This document shows, one piece after another, positions 50,177 to 58,045 of a stretch of 64,000 bases of DNA. Below the pieces are notes generated by a model. The model saw only the letters and a program-made list of their open reading frames with translations. It ran no database searches and was not told the origin of the DNA. This stretch comes from an uncultured bacterium. GTDB lineage: Bacteria; Verrucomicrobiota; Verrucomicrobiia; Limisphaerales; UBA8199. The translations under genes and the position numbers were made by a program. The first letter of the stretch is position 1. The number at the start of each line of letters is the position of its first letter. The stretch is taken from assembly GCA_963749495.1 (NCBI GenBank), contig CAVVMW010000005.1, forward strand, positions 96,001 through 160,000, read 5' to 3'.

Positions 50177-51520
50177 ATGCGTGATAAGCTGGTTCGAATC
50201 GTATCGGGTCTGGTTCTGGCGCTGGCTGTGCTGGAGGCCAGGCTGTGGGGGGCGGAAGACGCGAAGGCAGGGGGCGGGGCCGATGGCGTTGCCGGGCAGG
50301 CGGCGGCGGCCCCGGGCGCGCCAAGCGGCTACACGGTCCTGGCCTCGGAAGGGCCGGGGCGAACGTTGTTCGCGCTCAAGGCCGATACCCGCTCGGCCAA
50401 GGCTGCGGCGCTGGCGGCGCTGCGCGAGCTGGGCAAGGTCTTCGATGAGAAGCCGGTGGTGAGCGGGGCGTACGGTGACGACGCGGACAAGCAGTGCCGG
50501 GGGTCGTTCACGGCCAAATTGAAGGGGCAGCCGGTCAAGGGGTTCGTGGCGTGCGGCGTGGGGGCCAAAGGAGTGGCGGTGACCGTGGTTTACCACCGGG
50601 CCGATGCGGCGGCGTCGGACTTGGCGCCGCTGCTGGGGGCGGTGCCGGTTTCCAGGCAGTGGGTCGTTCACCCACTGCCGGGCGGCAGCGGGACCCTCAA
50701 GCTGCCGGCGGATTGGAAGATCACCGACAGCAGCGCCATCGGCAGCGTCACGGCGGCCGGACCGGCGGGGCAGACGATCGGGCTCGGGATCGGAGCGGAG
50801 GTCGTTGCCCCCAATTCCTTTATTGCCGCGCAAGTCCGGGCCTCGGCCACCATGCTGGTTGCGCCCTTCTGCGACCCGGTGACGGCGGTCAAAACGCTCA
50901 TGCCCCAATTGAGCGTGATGTCCCAGCGCCGGGGCGGCCCGGCCCTTTCACTCAAGAAGATCCTCTCGACTTCGCCCGCAACGGCCCAGCTTCCCAACGG
51001 GAAGGCGGCCTGGATTGAGTACGCTTACACCCAAGGCAGCGGTGCCAACGCGGTCGAGTATCGCCAGAAGGGCATCCTGGAGTGTTACGCGCTGGGTCCG
51101 CTGGGCTGGGCCTTCTACACCAGTTACGCCACCGCCCCGGAGCGGGTTTTCGAGCGCGACCTGCCGCTCATGACCGAGATTGCCCAGTCCTGGAAGCTCA
51201 ACGACCAGGCCGTCCAGAACAACACCGCGCAGATGATCGCGGCGCAGAATCGCAACTTCGCCGCGTTCGAGCACTCGATGCAGGAGCGGCAGCAGGCCTT
51301 CGACCGCTTCCGCCAATCCATGCGCAACAGCGAACTGGCCCGCGAGAAAAGCAACGCCGACTTCGACGAAGTCATCCGCGGCTACCGGAGCGTGGAAGAC
51401 ACCGCAACGGGCCACCGCACCGATGTGGACCTGGGCTACTCCAAAGAGATCGTGGACAAGCTCAACGAGAAGCAGGGCTACCAGCGTTACAAAGAGATCC
51501 CTTTGCGCGACCAACTCTGA
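50177..51520 (+). CDS. Hypothetical secreted protein
   Basis: RBS GGAGGAG, signal peptide, 447 aa. Confidence 0.75.
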   Translation: MRDKLVRIVSGLVLALAVLEARLWGAEDAKAGGGADGVAGQAAAAPGAPSGYTVLASEGPGRTLFALKADTRSAKAAALAALRELGKVFDEKPVVSGAYGDDADKQCRGSFTAKLKGQPVKGFVACGVGAKGVAVTVVYHRADAAASDLAPLLGAVPVSRQWVVHPLPGGSGTLKLPADWKITDSSAIGSVTAAGPAGQTIGLGIGAEVVAPNSFIAAQVRASATMLVAPFCDPVTAVKTLMPQLSVMSQRRGGPALSLKKILSTSPATAQLPNGKAAWIEYAYTQGSGANAVEYRQKGILECYALGPLGWAFYTSYATAPERVFERDLPLMTEIAQSWKLNDQAVQNNTAQMIAAQNRNFAAFEHSMQERQQAFDRFRQSMRNSELAREKSNADFDEVIRGYRSVEDTATGHRTDVDLGYSKEIVDKLNEKQGYQRYKEIPLRDQL

Positions 51521-51580
51521 GCGGAGGGCAAGACAGATGCAAGAGTTGCATTGGCCCAAACCGGGTGTACCCTCCGCGTC

Positions 51581-52624
51581 ATGCAGAATTTTCCGATACC
51601 ACGGCTCGATGAACATCCTGAAATTGGGCATGGCCTCTTAAAATACTGCCGTTTGGGAAGAGGCGGCATCTGGCACGACCCCCTCGGACACCACCGGGTT
51701 GGCTGCCTCGATGCGACAAACCCCGCAGAGGCGAAAACGCTCCTCGACGGCGAAACGGCTGCTCTCGCGATTCACGACCCGCCCTACAACCTTGTCGCCT
51801 TTGACCGCAGAGGCATCGGAGAATACGTGTCCTGGTGCGAAAAGTGGATCGCGAGCACGGCGGCCTCTCTGAAGAACGATGCCTCGCTCTATGTTTGGTT
51901 GGGCGCCGATCAGCGGGATGGATTCCAGCCGCTGCCCGACTTCATGATCATGATGAGGGCGACGGAGTTCTCGCCGAGGTCCTTCATCACGATGCGCAGC
52001 CAAAGGGGCTATGGGACACAGAGGAATTGGATGGCAATCCGTCAGGAGTTGCTCTACTACGTCAAGGGGAATCCCCCGTTTAATGTTGAAGCCGAATATA
52101 CGGACATCCCGAAGATTCTTCGGGGATACTATAAGGAGGTAAACGGGAAGATGACTGAGAATCTCCAAAGGAGCCGATCCGAGACCATCCGTGCGGGCAA
52201 CGTATGGGTGGATATCCAGCAGGTGTTCTACCGGATGGAGGAGAACGTGAACGGGTGCTATGCACAGAAGCCGCTCCGGGCTTGCGAGCGGATCGTTAAA
52301 GCCAGTTCAAACAGGGGCGATTTGGTGCTCGATTTCTTTTCACATTCAGGCTCCACGCTCTTGGCCTGCGAGCTGCTGAACCGGCGGTGCTTCACTGCCG
52401 ACATCGACCCTGTGTTCTGCGAAATCACGATACGCCGGTTGGAGCACTTTAGGAAAACGCGCCAACTCGGGTGGCAAAATGCCAATCCGTTTTCCCGAGA
52501 GCTATCAGGAGACGCCGAACTGCGCAGGCTGATTGCCCAGGTTCAGCCTGAGGACGGCGGCGAACCCGGGAATGATTCCGGGAAAGGAAAACCGGCGACG
52601 ATGCTGCTAGATTTTGGGGCATAA
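51581..52624 (+). CDS. N6A/N4C DNA methyltransferase (beta class)
   Basis: DPPY precedes QKP and LDFFSHSGST (FxGxG variant). Confidence 0.9.
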   Translation: MQNFPIPRLDEHPEIGHGLLKYCRLGRGGIWHDPLGHHRVGCLDATNPAEAKTLLDGETAALAIHDPPYNLVAFDRRGIGEYVSWCEKWIASTAASLKNDASLYVWLGADQRDGFQPLPDFMIMMRATEFSPRSFITMRSQRGYGTQRNWMAIRQELLYYVKGNPPFNVEAEYTDIPKILRGYYKEVNGKMTENLQRSRSETIRAGNVWVDIQQVFYRMEENVNGCYAQKPLRACERIVKASSNRGDLVLDFFSHSGSTLLACELLNRRCFTADIDPVFCEITIRRLEHFRKTRQLGWQNANPFSRELSGDAELRRLIAQVQPEDGGEPGNDSGKGKPATMLLDFGA

Positions 52625-53170
52625 CAGTTCGTAAAGCTGGTCGTAGGTAAGGGTCCGATAAAGATAATTGTCCAAGTGAGTTTGCAGCGTGTCTTGATTG
52701 ATGTGGAATTGGCCTTCCCCGATGTTCCCCTTATGCTGAAAATCCGAGTAATGGATTCTCCCGCCGGCGCTGTTTTCGCGGATCGTCGCGCTCTTGATGC
52801 GGAAGATTTTAACGCAGTCCGAAAAAAACAAGCCGTAGTAGAGCACGTCAAATTCTCGCCGTTTGACCTGTTGTATATTGCAGTCAAATTCGCTGCCTTT
52901 CCACTCTGAAAACGCCACCATTCTCTTTGCGCTCGTGGCTTCTTCGATGCATCGGAGGACAGTCTCTTCGGAGATCGGGGTTTCGGCTTTCCTTCGCACC
53001 ACCGAGAATTTCACTTCGACTCGATGGTGGCGGATGTCGTCGTAAAGGTCGTGGAACTGATTCCGTGCCTTCCCGCACTTCTCCAACCGCTTGACCATGA
53101 ACTCGGCTACTGTGCCAAATCGCCTCGTATAAAGGGAGAAAATGCCGTCACAAAGGGTTTCGCCGTCCAT
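52607..53170 (-). CDS. Putative restriction endonuclease (PD-(D/E)XK-like)
   Basis: HDLYD...VEVKF motif; lower GC; convergent with the MTase and downstream of a C-protein. Confidence 0.6.
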   Translation of the reverse strand: MDGETLCDGIFSLYTRRFGTVAEFMVKRLEKCGKARNQFHDLYDDIRHHRVEVKFSVVRRKAETPISEETVLRCIEEATSAKRMVAFSEWKGSEFDCNIQQVKRREFDVLYYGLFFSDCVKIFRIKSATIRENSAGGRIHYSDFQHKGNIGEGQFHINQDTLQTHLDNYLYRTLTYDQLYELLCPKI

Positions 53171-53405
53171 GAGAAGCCTTTCCAAGTTCCTCCAACGGAG
53201 GAAACAGTTGTCCGACTTCGACCTGCAGCGCGTCCGCGATCTTGATCAGGTTGAGGGCGGAGACATTCCGTTCGCCGCGCTCAATCCCGCCGTAATAAGC
53301 CCTATCCAGTCGGGCAAGTTCAGCCGCCGCCTCCTGGGTAAGGCCCTTCGCTTCTCGGTGAGAGCGGATTTTCCTTCCGACTGCAAGCAGAAGAGAGTTT
53401 GTCAC
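53148..53405 (-). CDS. XRE-family HTH regulator (R-M controller C-protein-like)
   Basis: GRKIRSHREAKGLTQE..A..A.LDRAYYGGIERGERNVS..NL.KIA.AL; GTG start at 53405. Confidence 0.85.
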   Translation of the reverse strand: MTNSLLLAVGRKIRSHREAKGLTQEAAAELARLDRAYYGGIERGERNVSALNLIKIADALQVEVGQLFPPLEELGKASHGRRNPL

Positions 53406-53425
53406 CTTTTCCAGAATACGAAACC

Positions 53426-53459
53426 GACAGCCTTTAATTCCACGGCTTATAAGGAGCAT
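53426..53459 (-). promoter_or_regulatory. C-box-like double operator
   Basis: Minus strand ATGCTCCTTATAAGCCGTGGAATTAAAGGCTGTC, about 20 bp upstream of the C-gene. It resembles the GACT-TAT-AGTC/GTG/repeat layout of Esp1396I-type C-boxes. Confidence 0.6.
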
Positions 53460-53566
53460 TCTTGCGCAGCCGGGCATCCCGCCGTCCGGACCGTAGAGGG
53501 AGACTTTGAAACTCGGCACCCGATTTTTTTGCTCGCAATTTCCTAGCCCTCGTGCATGGTTAATCC

Positions 53567-53812
53567 ATGCCTAAACGCTCAAGCATACCGAAGGACGAAA
53601 ACCAACTCGCCGCAAGCGTCGTCGCCCAGAGCACCGGCCAGGGGCTACCAGTCATAAGCTCCAAACCAGAGAAAAACCCCGCGGCAGTCGCTCTCGGAAA
53701 GCTCGGCGGACTAAAGGGTGGCCCGGCAAGGACCGCCAAACTCTCGGCGAGGCGGCGGAAGGAAATCGCCAAGTCAGCGGCTATGGCCCGATGGAACAAA
53801 TCGGCTACCTGA
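53567..53812 (+). CDS. Small basic protein (KNPAAVALGKLGGLKGG motif), transposase-associated
   Basis: D.NQLA..VV, KNPAAVALG..GG.KGG.AR..KLS..RR.EIA..AA.ARW. Confidence 0.8.
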   Translation: MPKRSSIPKDENQLAASVVAQSTGQGLPVISSKPEKNPAAVALGKLGGLKGGPARTAKLSARRRKEIAKSAAMARWNKSAT

Positions 53813-53900
53813 ATGATGCCGCTTGTCGCGGAAAATTGGGATACATCGGGAATAAATTGTTCAGATATTCTGTGCAGAAAGTATAACTTGTTAATAGTCA

Positions 53901-53929
53901 ATGACATAGGATGTCACAAATAGTATGCT
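53901..53929 (+). promoter_or_regulatory. Sigma70-like promoter with overlapping palindrome, upstream of the tRNA gene
   Basis: ATGACA-N17-TATGCT; palindrome TGACAT-AGG-ATGTCA at 53902-53916. Confidence 0.55.
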
Positions 53930-54058
53930 CGCGCCCTGCGCGGGGCTCCATCTGGTTCCCCGGAAGTCTTTACGACGGAAGGGGGTCCCGAGGATTTGAA
54001 ATGAATAAAAACCCCAGAATGAGTGACCATTCCGGGGCGTAAGGCGGCCATTGATTTT

Positions 54059-54132
54059 GGGCCTGTAGCTCAGTTGGAAAGAGCGCCCGTCTACTAAACG
54101 GGGAGGCGCTGGTTCAAATCCAGCCAGGCCCA
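54059..54132 (+). tRNA. tRNA gene with anticodon ACU (reads Ser codon AGU), short variable loop, no encoded CCA
   Basis: Perfect cloverleaf: GGGCCTG/CAGGCCC, D stem GCTC/GAGC, anticodon stem CCCGT/ACGGG with loop CT-ACT-AA, T arm GCTGG-TTCAAAT-CCAGC, discriminator A. Confidence 0.88.
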
Positions 54133-54188
54133 CATCAAAGCCGTGGAAGTAATTTACCACGGAATGTTGATGGATGGCAATATTTTTG

Positions 54189-54217
54189 TTGACAATGCTT
54201 GAACGCTCAAGCATAAT
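54189..54217 (+). promoter_or_regulatory. Sigma70 promoter of the IS1-like transposase with a palindromic operator
   Basis: TTGACA-N17-CATAAT with ATG 6 nt further (leaderless); ATGCTTGA-ACGC-TCAAGCAT at 54195-54214. Confidence 0.75.
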
Positions 54218-54223
54218 GAGAAC

Positions 54224-54564
54224 ATGAATAAATTGAGCACAGAGAGCCAAACCCGGATTGTTGCCGGTTTGGGTGAGGGCAATTCGCTTCGCTCAACTTC
54301 CCGAGTGACGGGCATGCACCGCACCACGATCCTTGATTTGCTGGTGGATTGGGGGATGGCGTGTTCTGAGTATCAGGACAAGGCCCTGCGGAATTTGAAG
54401 TGCGGAAGGATTCAGTGCGATGAGATCTGGTCGTTCTGCGGCTGCAAAGAAAAGAGGGCGACGCCTGAGCGCAAGAAGCCGGGATGGGGCGATGTCTGGA
54501 TTTGGACCGCCTTGGATGCCAAAACCAAGCTCGTGCCGTGCTGGCTCGTGGGTCAACGAGACAC
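54224..54564 (+). pseudogene. IS1-family-like transposase, N-terminal fragment
   Basis: HTH EGNSLRSTSRVTG, QCDEIWSF, WIWTALD...GQRD; then fused to unrelated sequence. Confidence 0.8.
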
Positions 54565-54770
54565 CGCGGACAAGCAGTGCCGGGGCTCGTTCACGGCCAA
54601 ATTGAAGGGGCAGCCGGTCAAGGGGTTCGTGGCGTGCGGCGCGGGGGCCAAAGGAGTGGCGGTGACCGTGGTTTACCACCGGGCCTATGCGGCGGCCTCG
54701 GAGTTGGCGCCGCTGCTGGGGGCGGTGCCGGTTTCCAGGCAGTGGGTCGTTCACCCACTGCCCGGCGGCA
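54565..54770 (+). repeat. 206 bp direct repeat of 50482-50687
   Basis: Same sequence with about 6 substitutions; offset 4083 bp. Confidence 0.95.
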
Positions 54771-54839
54771 AACCGGAGCGGATTGATTGCTCCCACTCGG
54801 GCCGACCGGCGGTTTCTTCCCAAACCCGTTCACACAAGG

Positions 54840-55000
54840 GCAACTGTTCAGGGGGGCCGGGTGGGGCAGACCTCCTCCGGTGCATCGGGGGGTGCAGGGG
54901 CCTCTGGCCCAGAGCCTCGCGACTGCAAGGGAAACTGAGCCGGAGGCTCCGTGAACCGGCAGACCCCCGATGCATCGGGACCCCACACCTGAACAGCTAC
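54840..55000. mobile_element. MITE with 13 bp imperfect TIRs and 8 bp TSD ACACAAGG
   Basis: GCAACTGTTCAGG / CCTGAACAGCTAC; ACACAAGG at 54832-54839 and 55001-55008; self-complementary interior. Confidence 0.8.
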
Positions 55001-55063
55001 ACACAAGGCAGCTCGCTGCTCCGATTCCTGCCCGACAGCGGTCCCTGTTTCTCCGCAGGACCT

Positions 55064-55609
55064 CTACGGTCCGTTGCCGGGGGGCTGCAAAGGGCTGTTC
55101 GTTCTAAAATTAAAACCTGCGCTGGAAACGGCTCCCAGCGTCCCGTCCGTCAACATCGCCGCGACTTGGAGGTCCATTTTCGCGAAGGCGAAGCTGAGCG
55201 ACTCGAGAGGCTGCTGGTCAGTCCCTGTGTTCCCGCCTTCGTTGTAGCTCGAGAAGAAAACATCGAAGAAGTCGATCTTGAGGAACGCTTGCGGAGCAGC
55301 CCCAGAATCCGCCGCATTGCCGCCGGCCTTGCGGCAGGCCAAGGACACCTGCTGAAACGGAGTGCCTTCACAGAGCTTCAAGAAGATGTTGGGAGATGCC
55401 GAATCCGTCAGCTTCATGAAGGAGAATGCCTTCGGACTGGCCCTCCCCGCAGCCCCGCCGCCGCCTCCGCCGCCTCCGGCTGGACCGCCGGCGGTCTCCG
55501 AGGCCGCAACGCCCCAACTGAAGGAAAGAAGTTCAATCCACTTCTCGTAGCCCTGGACCGTGCTCTCACCATCGATGCCATCGATCTTAAGAAATGCGTC
55601 AAATGCCAT
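55064..55609 (-). CDS. hcp: Hcp1-family (T6SS tube-like) protein, orphan
   Basis: MAFDAFLKIDGIDGES...WIELLSFSWG...K.TDSASP...ESLSFAF. Confidence 0.88.
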   Translation of the reverse strand: MAFDAFLKIDGIDGESTVQGYEKWIELLSFSWGVAASETAGGPAGGGGGGGGAAGRASPKAFSFMKLTDSASPNIFLKLCEGTPFQQVSLACRKAGGNAADSGAAPQAFLKIDFFDVFFSSYNEGGNTGTDQQPLESLSFAFAKMDLQVAAMLTDGTLGAVSSAGFNFRTNSPLQPPGNGP

Positions 55610-55617
55610 AAGTTCTC

Positions 55618-56175
55618 CTAGCTAAGTAAGGTTATCAGAAACTCAACACTCTCTTCGCCTCGTCCTGCTGGATTTTGGCGAATCACATAACTGCCTTTGG
55701 CCCCGGCGAAACGACCGGTCCCGCCGAGGATTGCACGCGCTCTCTCGCCCTCCGCTGTGGGTCCGGCGCAACCGATCCCGAACAGCGTGCCGTCCGTGAC
55801 CTTGAGGTTCTGGAATTCCACGGCGTGGTCCGTGCTGGCGCAGCCAAAGGGCGATTCCGGACCGAAACAGGTGGCGGAGAATTCGCCGACCTTTGCGCCG
55901 TCCGGCCGCTCCAACAGGTCGCCATGACTGTGCAGCCGGCCGCTCCACGCCGGGAGCTCGCCTGGTTTCTGGCTTGGGCAGTGAATCTGCAAGCGCCGCG
56001 CGTAAAACGTGAGCATTGTTGCGCCCTTTGGCTCAGGCGGTGCGCTCGGCGCCGGGGGCGCGGGCCCGCCGCGCGCCTCGGGCGCTGCCAGCGGCACGCC
56101 CAGCGTGCCCGCGACAAAGACCAGGCACCTCTGGAGCACGGTGCGTCTGGTCGTGGGTTGGAACATTTCGTTCAT
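55618..56175 (-). CDS. Tat-signal protein with allene-oxide-cyclase/dirigent-like barrel
   Basis: TTRRTVLQ signal; AILGGTGRFAGAKG; ATGA overlap with the upstream gene. Confidence 0.65.
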   Translation of the reverse strand: MNEMFQPTTRRTVLQRCLVFVAGTLGVPLAAPEARGGPAPPAPSAPPEPKGATMLTFYARRLQIHCPSQKPGELPAWSGRLHSHGDLLERPDGAKVGEFSATCFGPESPFGCASTDHAVEFQNLKVTDGTLFGIGCAGPTAEGERARAILGGTGRFAGAKGSYVIRQNPAGRGEESVEFLITLLS

Positions 56176-57920
56176 TGCTTTCCTCCGTGGTTTGCGTTGG
56201 GCTTGGATGCCAACGCGTGGGTTGACTGGGCATCGACCAGCGCTCCGCCACCCGGCGGGCGGAAGTCGGATGCCGGTGTGCCCCCAATGGGCACTAAAAA
56301 GCCGCACGAAACCAACTGGCGCACCAAGGCGCCGGCCTGCTGCCGGATCTCTTCCACAGAGGCTCGGGCTGCCTGCGCCAGCTCGACGATGATTTGGTCC
56401 AGCGTGTGGTGACCATCACAACGCGCCAGCAGTTGCAGCGAGGAGGGCCCTAACGCGGCCCGAAGGCGCAACCCTCTCGTCAGTTGCACCTCCGTCTGAT
56501 CGAGCAGCAGCTTGCCGTTTCGGCACACGAAGGTCTGGCGCACTTGCTGGTCCTCGGCCATGCGGAACGTTTGAGCGAGCAGCTCTCCGTCGTTGGCGTG
56601 CGCTGCCAAATGGTCTTCCGCCTGGGCGATCCGCAGGATGTGGTCGCTGCACGAGTCAACGAAAGTCTCCGGCAGGTTGTCTGTGCGCATCCAGTTGCGG
56701 CCGCCCGGCCTTCGTCGCAAGACCACCGCGCCCAGGCTCAGCGCCTGGATGCCGAGACGCTGATAATACTCCTGCCAGCGGTCCAGGCAGTCGCCGTAGG
56801 CGGTTGGGTCGGGGCCCCGATTCCAGGAGGCGGCATAGCCCAGCGGATCCCGCGTCACGCCGTGCAACAGCCAGGCGTCGCAACCGTTATTCGCCACCCA
56901 GGGCCTCAGGTGCCCTGACCACTCCTCCGCCTTGTCGTGCGTCCAACTGCACAGCACCGAGGCGAAGCCGCCTTGGCTTAAGCGAGCGGGGACCGCACGC
57001 ACCACTTCCTCGCTCAGCTTGTCTCCGGGCAACCCGCCGTCCCGGAACAAATATTCGGTCTCCGGTGAAATGACGAACGGGGGATTGCAGACAATCAAGT
57101 CAAACTGACAATCCGCGACGGGCGCGAACAGGCTGCCCAAGCGGCACTCCACGTTGTTCAGCCGGTTCAAGCAGGCGTTGAACATGGCATAGTTCAGGGC
57201 CCGCGGATTGGTATCGACGGCGATCACCCGGTCGCTGTGTCGGGCGGCCAGCAGCGCTTGCACGCCGCAGCCCGTTCCGACATCCAGCGCCAGGCGGGCA
57301 GGCCGTCGCACCGTAAGCTTCGCGAGCGTGGCGGCCGCCGGGTTCGTTCCCAACACATGGTCCGGACTTAGCCGCGGTGCATCCTCGCCCAGGCAGTCAT
57401 GCGCGAGCCAGAGACCCTCACAAAACGACAGCGTGATGCGGCCACGGACTCCTTTGTCCGCAAGCTGGATCAACCCCAGCGCCACCGCTCGCTCAAGGCC
57501 CAGCGGGGCCAGGGCCGTCCGAGCGGCGTCTTCGCCCACCGGGAGCTGCAGCGTGAACAGCTTGACCAGAGTGTTCAGCGGATCTGGCGTCGACAGGCGC
57601 CGCTGGTACAACGGAAGATCCACCCGTTTCAAGTGCGGGCTCATGTCCGGCCCCAACGCGCCGCGCAATCCGGATTCGGTGTAATTGTTTCCCTCCAGCG
57701 CTCGCCGGAACAACTCGATGGCCCCGGCATCGTCCGTGGCCAAAGGCCCCATGAACCCCTGTTTGGCCCCTGCCGCTGCGTGAGAACCGGGACCAGGCAC
57801 TTCCGCCGTGAGGAGAAGCCTTTGGTCGGTTTTTACAGGGCAGAACGCTTCCAGTTTGCGAACATCCAGCGTGTCCGTTCTGTCACCTCCTGCCGCTGCC
57901 GTTACAGCCCTTGTCACCAT
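56172..57920 (-). CDS. Class I SAM methyltransferase (HemK/MTS-like) with C-terminal PqqD-like winged helix
   Basis: LDVGTGCGVQ, CNPPF; C-terminal LLARCDGHHTLDQII..L...LVRQLVSCGFL. Start uncertain. Confidence 0.8.
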   Translation of the reverse strand: MVTRAVTAAAGGDRTDTLDVRKLEAFCPVKTDQRLLLTAEVPGPGSHAAAGAKQGFMGPLATDDAGAIELFRRALEGNNYTESGLRGALGPDMSPHLKRVDLPLYQRRLSTPDPLNTLVKLFTLQLPVGEDAARTALAPLGLERAVALGLIQLADKGVRGRITLSFCEGLWLAHDCLGEDAPRLSPDHVLGTNPAAATLAKLTVRRPARLALDVGTGCGVQALLAARHSDRVIAVDTNPRALNYAMFNACLNRLNNVECRLGSLFAPVADCQFDLIVCNPPFVISPETEYLFRDGGLPGDKLSEEVVRAVPARLSQGGFASVLCSWTHDKAEEWSGHLRPWVANNGCDAWLLHGVTRDPLGYAASWNRGPDPTAYGDCLDRWQEYYQRLGIQALSLGAVVLRRRPGGRNWMRTDNLPETFVDSCSDHILRIAQAEDHLAAHANDGELLAQTFRMAEDQQVRQTFVCRNGKLLLDQTEVQLTRGLRLRAALGPSSLQLLARCDGHHTLDQIIVELAQAARASVEEIRQQAGALVRQLVSCGFLVPIGGTPASDFRPPGGGALVDAQSTHALASKPNANHGGKQ

Positions 57921-58045
57921 ACACTGGTCTAACTCGATTAAAATGCTTTTCTAATAATAAGCTGCTCTCTTCACTTGTCAAGCAGAAGTCAATTGGACTG
58001 GCTTGCGCCGAGAAGCTACCTTGCTTCTGGTAAAAAGGGCACGCT

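Noticed and set aside
53935..54000. Second tRNA-like sequence upstream of the ACU tRNA
   Set aside because: There is some pairing and a TTTACGA loop-like stretch, but no acceptor stem or T arm could be built.
50482..54770. Diversity-generating retroelement TR/VR pair
   Set aside because: The differences are not adenine-specific and there is no reverse transcriptase in the window.
55064..55609. Type VI secretion cluster
   Set aside because: Only hcp is present; no sheath, baseplate or vgrG genes in the window.
54224..55621. 465 aa ORF as a real protein
   Set aside because: It is a chimera of a transposase fragment, a duplicated gene piece, a MITE and the antisense strand of hcp.
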